Assembly: GCA_030606485.1 (NCBI GenBank)
Contig: JAUWGH010000002.1
Location: forward strand, 300,001 to 332,000
Direction: 5' to 3'
Origin: Promethearchaeota archaeon
Lineage (GTDB): Archaea; Asgardarchaeota; Lokiarchaeia; Sigyniarchaeales; SOKP01
Length of the DNA: 32,000 nucleotides
Below are positions 25,640-32,000 of this stretch, one piece after another. Numbering within the stretch: the first letter of the stretch is position 1; each line of letters opens with the position of its first letter. The notes under the pieces are model-generated. The model did no database searches. It was not told the origin of the DNA and saw only the letters and a list, made by a program, of their open reading frames with translations. The position numbers and the translations under genes are program-made.

Positions 25640-26821
25640 TTATACAATAGGAGCCATTGGAGGTAGTGGAGGTACAACATCGGCTTTCCATTCATCAACT
25701 ACAGGATAATCCCACCAATGTGCGGGAATTTCGGAATATACGCTATATTTTTTGAGCCCCCGTTCAAATGCTCTAGTATTTTTTCTCGAGGCTTTAATCA
25801 CATCTGGTTGTGGATAAAAATAAGCCCCAAATCCACCTTCCTTAGTACCGAGATTCCTAACCATATGCCAGACCTCCCGTTCGCATTCTTCTAGTGTTCC
25901 TTGCGAATATATAGATTGTATATTCACACACCCCCATATCATAATTTTACCACGATAAGGCTTTAAGTCAGGATAACCACTCATTCTTGGACTGTCAAGT
26001 TCAATTGCATCCAAACCCCATTCAATTAAAGATGGTATTAATCGATCTATTTTACCACAGCAATGAATATGGTACTCACATCCCAATTTATGTGCCTCAT
26101 CAAAAATAGTACGATAAAATGGTTCGTAGAATTTGTTAAAAATTTTTGGACTAAAGAAAGGACCCAATTGTTCGCCTAAATCATCACTTAACCAAAAACC
26201 ATGAGGTTCTAATCCATATTTAAAACTCATTTTCATAACTTTCAAATGATATTCTGTTAAGTGATCAAGTAATTTTTTTAATTCTTGTGGGTGTTTTCGA
26301 TGATCCATTAAATAATTAGTAAAACCTCTAATTTTAGAAGCTAATTCAGAAAGTCCAAAAGTATTAATAAACATTCTGTATTTATCGTTGTCAAAAGATT
26401 TTTTCAGCGTATGAGCAAATAAATATCGGCTTTCATCATCAGGATCGGGATAATATTTTGAAATAAATTCTTCATAATTATTCCAATCAGTTAATACTGC
26501 TCTTCCCGGGTGACCCATATTATCTCCGCGCCCTGACATGTTCCAAATGCAGCCCCATTCATCTATATCCTCCCGGGGCAGATGACGCCATTTATTTCCC
26601 TCATATTTGGGGTTTTTTTTTGCCCATTCTGGTTTATCCCATTTAAATTCTACTCCCGCATGTGGAAATAATCCCTCTTCATTTTTATCCCACCCTGGTC
26701 GCCACTTTTTTGAGGGAATCATTAGCAAGGGTAAAATATCTCCTTTGACACCATTAAAGATAGGTGCTCGATCAGGATTTTTAATGTAGATCGCTGCCTT
26801 AACACGCTCAATCGAATTCAT
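25640..26821 (-). CDS. Uroporphyrinogen decarboxylase-fold (URO-D/MtaA-like) protein, not true HemE
   Basis: MNSIERVKAAI...PDRAP, DEWGCIW, LSDDLG, FFSPKIF, HIHCCG, GCVNIQ, GTLEECEREV. The HemE RQAGR motif is absent. Confidence 0.85.
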   Translation of the reverse strand: MNSIERVKAAIYIKNPDRAPIFNGVKGDILPLLMIPSKKWRPGWDKNEEGLFPHAGVEFKWDKPEWAKKNPKYEGNKWRHLPREDIDEWGCIWNMSGRGDNMGHPGRAVLTDWNNYEEFISKYYPDPDDESRYLFAHTLKKSFDNDKYRMFINTFGLSELASKIRGFTNYLMDHRKHPQELKKLLDHLTEYHLKVMKMSFKYGLEPHGFWLSDDLGEQLGPFFSPKIFNKFYEPFYRTIFDEAHKLGCEYHIHCCGKIDRLIPSLIEWGLDAIELDSPRMSGYPDLKPYRGKIMIWGCVNIQSIYSQGTLEECEREVWHMVRNLGTKEGGFGAYFYPQPDVIKASRKNTRAFERGLKKYSVYSEIPAHWWDYPVVDEWKADVVPPLPPMAPIV

Positions 26822-26979
26822 TATGTCACATTTTAATATCTTTTTTTTTATTTAAATTTCATATACTTTTATTCGTTATGCATCAATGTTTATTTTATAG
26901 AATTAAAAAAAAATTTTTTTATTGATAAAATTAATTAGTATATAAAAACTCAAATCTCAAATTAACTGAATGTGGAATC

Positions 26980-28941
26980 ATGAGACAAAATGAATATCCA
27001 ATTCAACCCATATCTTTTATCAAAGTCCAAATTACAGATAAATTCTGGGCGTCTAGAATTGAGACCAATCGTAAGGTAACAATTCCTCTTGCATTTAAGA
27101 AATGTGAAGAAACTGGTCGCATTAACAATTTTTCAAAAGCAGCTGGATTAATTGATGATGATATAGTGCCCTTCTTTCCCTTTGATGATTCTGATGTATA
27201 TAAGATTATTGAAGGTGCAGCCTATTCATTGAATATAAGACCTGATTCTGAGCTTGAAAAATATATTGATGGTATAATTGAAAAAATTGCAGCGGCACAA
27301 GAAGAAGATGGTTATCTTTATACAACTCGTACAATTAATCCTAAAAACCCCCATGATTTGGCGGGAAAAAAGCGTTGGGAGTGGGTTTCACTTAAAAGTC
27401 ATGAATTATATAATTTAGGTCATCTTATAGAGAGTGCCGTGGCGTATTATCAAGCGACAGCTAAGCGTAAGTTATTAGATGTTGCCATTAAAAGTGCTGA
27501 TCTAATAGAAAAAGTGTTTGGACCAGGCAAAATTGAAAGCGCACCTGGGCATCAAGAAATTGAGATGGCATTAGTACGCCTATATCGTGTGACCGATAAT
27601 GAAAAATATTTGAAATTAGCGAAATTTTTTCTTGATATTCGTGGTTCTAAAGATGCGATTGGTTATAATAATTATGTAAAATCAGCAAAAACTCAATTTG
27701 TTAAATGGAGAGATAAATACCTTCAATACAATCAAACTCATAAAAATATCACGCAACAGGATGAAGCAGTTGGACATGTAGTTCGTGCAACATATATGTA
27801 TTCTGGTATGGTAGATGTCGCAGCACTAACAAATGATAAAAATTACGTTGAAGCCGTTGATCGTATTTGGGAGAATGTTGTCTCTAAGAAGATTTACATA
27901 ACAGGTGGTATTGGAGCTAAAGCTCATGGTGAAGCTTTTGATCGGAATTACAAATTACCAAATATAAAAGCGTATAATGAAACTTGCGCCGCAATTGGTA
28001 ATATTTTCTGGAATCATCGTCTTTTCTTATTGCACGGGGATTCTAAATACATAGATGTCTTGGAACGAACGATTTATAACGGTTTCCTTTCAGGAATTTC
28101 TCTAGATGGGAAAAAATTTTTTTATCCTAATCCGCTTGCTTCAAGTGGATTTCACGAAAGAACTGAATGGTTCAAATGTGCTTGCTGTCCTTCAAATATA
28201 GTGCGTTTAATTGCCTCAATTCCCGGTTATGTATATGCACAACATGATGATACATTATATGTTAATCTTTTTGTTAGTAATACTGCTGCAATTTCAATTG
28301 ACGAAAATATTGTATCAATTACTCAAGATACAGAATATCCTTGGGATGGGATAGTAAAAATAACGGTTAATCTTCAAAAAAACTTAGATTTTAATATCGC
28401 AATTCGAATACCAGGTTGGACGCAGAACCAACCAGTGCCAAGTGATTTATATCATTATTTGAAAAAAATTGATGAAAAAGTAGGCCTTAAAGTTAATGGC
28501 AAACCAATTGAAATTATTTGTGAAAAAGGTTATACCCACATTTCACGCACGTGGAAGGATGGAGATATAATTAAATTGGACTTTCCTATGACCATTAGGC
28601 GTGTATTGGCACATGAACAAATTAAAGAAGATAATGGAAAAGTTGCCTTTGAACGCGGTCCGATCGTCTATTGTGTTGAATGGGTAGATAATAAGGCAAA
28701 ATATTTAAGAAATTTGTTTATTGCTGATGATATCGAACTTGCATCTGAATACCGTGAAGATATGTTTAATGGGATTGTTATTATTACAGGTACTGCTCAT
28801 TACCTTAAACATAATGAAGATAGGAAAAAAATTATTAAAAGTAAACTAAATTTTCTCGCAATACCTTATTATGCTTGGGCACATCGCGGAAAGGGTGAAA
28901 TGATAGTATGGATATTACGTGATTTAAATGCTTTTAAATAA
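26980..28941 (+). CDS. GH127 glycoside hydrolase (beta-L-arabinofuranosidase-like, DUF1680)
   Basis: FDDSDVYK, HELYNLGHL, GHQEIE, GHVVRATY, YITGGIG, YNETCAAIG, WFKCACCPSN, RGPIVYC, IPYYAWAHRG. Confidence 0.93.
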   Translation: MRQNEYPIQPISFIKVQITDKFWASRIETNRKVTIPLAFKKCEETGRINNFSKAAGLIDDDIVPFFPFDDSDVYKIIEGAAYSLNIRPDSELEKYIDGIIEKIAAAQEEDGYLYTTRTINPKNPHDLAGKKRWEWVSLKSHELYNLGHLIESAVAYYQATAKRKLLDVAIKSADLIEKVFGPGKIESAPGHQEIEMALVRLYRVTDNEKYLKLAKFFLDIRGSKDAIGYNNYVKSAKTQFVKWRDKYLQYNQTHKNITQQDEAVGHVVRATYMYSGMVDVAALTNDKNYVEAVDRIWENVVSKKIYITGGIGAKAHGEAFDRNYKLPNIKAYNETCAAIGNIFWNHRLFLLHGDSKYIDVLERTIYNGFLSGISLDGKKFFYPNPLASSGFHERTEWFKCACCPSNIVRLIASIPGYVYAQHDDTLYVNLFVSNTAAISIDENIVSITQDTEYPWDGIVKITVNLQKNLDFNIAIRIPGWTQNQPVPSDLYHYLKKIDEKVGLKVNGKPIEIICEKGYTHISRTWKDGDIIKLDFPMTIRRVLAHEQIKEDNGKVAFERGPIVYCVEWVDNKAKYLRNLFIADDIELASEYREDMFNGIVIITGTAHYLKHNEDRKKIIKSKLNFLAIPYYAWAHRGKGEMIVWILRDLNAFK

Positions 28942-28976
28942 ATAATTTAAAAGGTAGAGTTGATATCGAGAAATAC

Positions 28977-30401
28977 TTAAAATTGAGGGAGCCACTTAGC
29001 TTCAGCTTCAAACATTTCATCAACCATAATTCGAATCTCTTCTGGGGAACACACACTAGCAGTATTTGGGTCAAGTAGCACAGCTTGATATATTTTTTCC
29101 CGGTCTAGTTCGAGAGCTCCCTCGACTGCGGCTTTTTGTACCATGATATTTGAGATACATAGTGCTTGACAGATGGTAGGTAAGACAATGCCTCCCTGTG
29201 GATGTATTCCATGACTATCCGCAAAAACTGGTACTTCCACACAACACTCCTTAGGAAGGTTAGTAATTAAACCACCCTCTTTGTTCATAACATTTCCATT
29301 AAACCAAAATGGTTTGTTTGTTTCCATAGCATTAATAATGTGTGAAGCATATTCTCCCGAGGGTTTTTCCTTATATGGAAGTTTTTTTCGTTTGAGTTTT
29401 CTCTGGAAATTTTTATCCATTTTCCCTTGAAATATGACTTGCTGGTTATAATCTGATGCCTGCTCTAAGTTAGAAAGCCAGTGCAGGTTGCTTTTATATT
29501 TTTCCAAAAGTTCTGTACGTTTTCGATAATAAGGAAGATATTCACTCAGATGCCCTGAGGATTCTGTCATAAAATATCCACCTGTTGCCTTCATCATATC
29601 ATAACGCACTTTCTCTAATTCAATTAAATTTGGGTTATCTTGAATGGCTTTCATAATTAACGGGTAAGCATTTTGCCATGTTGAATTGGACTTATTTGAG
29701 TCTTTATACCAAACTTCGAGAAACCAAGCCATGTGGTTAATCCCTGCACATAAAAAACTGAATTCTTCTGGCTTTGCTCTGATACAACCACGTAAAATTG
29801 CAACTGTACCCTGAACGCCATGACAAAGACCAACCGTAGAATCTGGAACAAGTGAATTACAATACCATGTATTCATAGCCATTGGATTAGTATAATTAAG
29901 TAATATCGGTTTTATTCCATCATTTTCTACATTATATCCAATTTCTTGAATATCTTCTAAAAATGATTTAAAAAATGGTGCCGTTCGGAGGAAACGAAAG
30001 ATTCCACCGGGTCCTAGTGTATCCCCAACAGTTTGAGACACTCCATATTTGAAGGGTATTTCAACATCTAATTTAAAGGCCTCAAGCCCACCTATATGTA
30101 CTGTATTGATAATATACTTCGAATCCTGAATTGCTTTCTTCTGATTAGTAGTTTTTTCGAAAACAATTCCCTCTAGCTCTTGAGAATAATTATCCTTATA
30201 TTTTTGCATGTAATTAAACATTAAATCTAAACGATGAGAATCTAAATCTTCAAGACAAATTATTGTATCCTTCTGAAGCGCAGGAAATGAAGCAATATCG
30301 GTGAGTAAATTTTGCCCAAATACTAAAGAACCTGCACCAATAAATGCAATTTTTAACATAATCAGTGGATTGAATTTTTTCTGATTCTTAATATTTTCCA
30401 T
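28977..30401 (-). CDS. melA: GH4 NAD+/Mn2+-dependent glycosidase, alpha-galactosidase (MelA-like); start is 30401 or 30359
   Basis: KIAFIGAGS, QTVGDTLGPGG, NYTNPM, GLCHG, GINHMAW, ESSGHLSEY. Confidence 0.88.
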   Translation of the reverse strand: MENIKNQKKFNPLIMLKIAFIGAGSLVFGQNLLTDIASFPALQKDTIICLEDLDSHRLDLMFNYMQKYKDNYSQELEGIVFEKTTNQKKAIQDSKYIINTVHIGGLEAFKLDVEIPFKYGVSQTVGDTLGPGGIFRFLRTAPFFKSFLEDIQEIGYNVENDGIKPILLNYTNPMAMNTWYCNSLVPDSTVGLCHGVQGTVAILRGCIRAKPEEFSFLCAGINHMAWFLEVWYKDSNKSNSTWQNAYPLIMKAIQDNPNLIELEKVRYDMMKATGGYFMTESSGHLSEYLPYYRKRTELLEKYKSNLHWLSNLEQASDYNQQVIFQGKMDKNFQRKLKRKKLPYKEKPSGEYASHIINAMETNKPFWFNGNVMNKEGGLITNLPKECCVEVPVFADSHGIHPQGGIVLPTICQALCISNIMVQKAAVEGALELDREKIYQAVLLDPNTASVCSPEEIRIMVDEMFEAEAKWLPQF

Positions 30402-31464
30402 ATTTTAATGCTGCGGTCATAAAAGTCTTGACATTTTCAAGAGGAATTTTTTTAAAAATGACCGTGCTGGGACCTAATATGAAATGTCTGTTATCTTTAA
30501 GCGCATCCATTAATTTTTTTACATGATTATCAACATGCTCTGGGGTGCCGTATGGAAAAACATCACTAACATCTCCAAAACCAATAACTACAAAATCGGG
30601 AAAATGCTCATTTATATAGAAAGGATCGCAGCCACCTTCCCAGCCTTGTAATCCTCGAAATCCTGCCTTCTGAAGAGATGGAATCAATTCTGTTGGATCA
30701 CCATCAGTATGAACTTGAGGGATCATTCCTGCGTCCGATATAATAGAATTAATTTCTTTATAATAATTTAAAAAATCCTGTTCCCAACGTTCAGATGAAA
30801 TCATAGTTCGACCTTTGTATGCGACATCATCTAATATATTTAAGATCTTTCCTCTTCTACCAGTTGCCTCAATCAAACCTTCAATTTTTAGTTTCATTAT
30901 TTCCGCATAAAATTTTATTAATTCTCTATAAAGCTTGGTTTTTTTCCGAAAATTACGGCTAAATATAGGCATCCCCATACTCTGCCAAACCCTATCAAAA
31001 ATCCCGTCAACCATTAATACCGGAAATATTAAAGGAGAAAACTTTTCATATTGTGAGATCACCTTTTTAATTTGCTTGCTTCTATCAACTTGTTTTAAAT
31101 TTGCCCGGAGTTTATCCAAAATCTCCATGGTATGTATGTACCCTCCTTGATAATAAGGAGAATCACTATGGAAAGCTTCTCCACTTGCCTTAATCCTAAA
31201 TTTATTGCCTTTACTATCTTTTATCTTAATTGAATTGATTTTAACACTTGAAGGAAATGACGCAAAAATTGCATCAAATCCTAAAACGAACGGAATATCA
31301 AAATATGGGATATTAAATAATTTTCCTTTATAATTTTCCAGTAACTCATCCTTATATTGGATAACAAACTCATCTCTAATGTATTGAACATGAGTAGGAA
31401 CGCGATCTATTTTTTTTCGTTCATCATCATTAAAAACAGCAAGATATCGTTCACAGGCATTCAT
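30388..31464 (-). CDS. Second URO-D-fold protein, not true HemE
   Basis: MNACERYLAVF...DRVP, LDDVAYK, HTDG, GDVSDVFPYGTPEHV, FILGPS. Its stop overlaps the start region of the GH4 gene. Confidence 0.85.
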   Translation of the reverse strand: MNACERYLAVFNDDERKKIDRVPTHVQYIRDEFVIQYKDELLENYKGKLFNIPYFDIPFVLGFDAIFASFPSSVKINSIKIKDSKGNKFRIKASGEAFHSDSPYYQGGYIHTMEILDKLRANLKQVDRSKQIKKVISQYEKFSPLIFPVLMVDGIFDRVWQSMGMPIFSRNFRKKTKLYRELIKFYAEIMKLKIEGLIEATGRRGKILNILDDVAYKGRTMISSERWEQDFLNYYKEINSIISDAGMIPQVHTDGDPTELIPSLQKAGFRGLQGWEGGCDPFYINEHFPDFVVIGFGDVSDVFPYGTPEHVDNHVKKLMDALKDNRHFILGPSTVIFKKIPLENVKTFMTAALKYGKY

Positions 31465-31807
31465 GATATATCCCCATTTTATAATTAATTCTCAATATGT
31501 ATTTCTGAATTATTAATAATAAAAAGGTGAGAGCAATTACTAAATATATTATTAATTTAATATCCTCTAAATTTGGAACTTATTTTAATATTATTTAATT
31601 CTAATATAGAAAATTGATAATTAAATATTAATTTAATAAGATAAATATCGTTTTTTTACAAATGTCAATTTAAGAAAAAGTAGATGTTAGAAGACTTTCC
31701 ACTTTAATAAAATAAAATAGAAATAAATAGAATTTAGTTTTATTTATTTTATTGAAAACATATTTAAGTGATTTCTAATAGTGAGTTTAGACTATACAAA
31801 AAAAAAG

Positions 31808-32000
31808 ATGGCAAAGGATAGATTAAGATTTTTTATTTATGAAATTTCAATATCGTTAATTTTTATATTTTTACTTATGATTATCGTTTGGGGATTATTT
31901 ACTTTTATTGTAAATATAGATTCGATTTTTTTTGGGCCATTATTTTATTTAATAAGAGCTCTAATGACATTTTTCGCAATACCATTAGTTTTATTATTAT
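31808..32000 (+). CDS. Membrane protein, 3'-truncated by the window end
   Basis: Open frame MAKDRLRFFIYEISISLIFIFLLMIIVWGLFTFIVNIDSIFFGPLFYLIRALMTFFAIPLVLLL..., with two hydrophobic helices. Confidence 0.65.
   Translation, partial: MAKDRLRFFIYEISISLIFIFLLMIIVWGLFTFIVNIDSIFFGPLFYLIRALMTFFAIPLVLLL

Noticed and set aside
25640-31464. Calling the URO-D-fold genes hemE or mtaA
   Set aside because: The HemE substrate motif is absent, the complete MtaA zinc triad is not evident, and there is no tetrapyrrole or corrinoid gene context.

Overview
A very AT-rich archaeal chromosomal window. It is most consistent with an Asgard archaeon (Lokiarchaeia/Promethearchaeota-like). This is an inference from archaeal uS15/eS1, archaeal GlmU, a tandem longin-like protein, a V4R-like protein and Loki-type surface proteins. 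The left third holds a 5'-truncated single-pass surface protein plus a MacB/FtsX-like permease, and housekeeping genes (rdgB, rps15, rps3ae, glmU). The middle holds a GH13 glucosidase, a wHTH-MNT/HEPN pair, a sirtuin, a GC-rich structured intergenic element, a GNAT fused to a degenerate M50-like membrane domain, and a radical SAM gene. The right third is a carbohydrate/redox region: GPH-family MFS transporter, FrhB-TrmB fusion, DUF1326, GH127, GH4 and two non-HemE URO-D-fold proteins. I saw no tRNA, rRNA, CRISPR array or transposase. The best leads are the candidate structured RNA at about 16010-16205, the FrhB-TrmB fusion with its glycosidase/URO-D neighbourhood, an apparent ATC start codon for uS15, and the GNAT-pseudo-M50 fusion. 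All family calls come from motifs read by eye, with no database searches.
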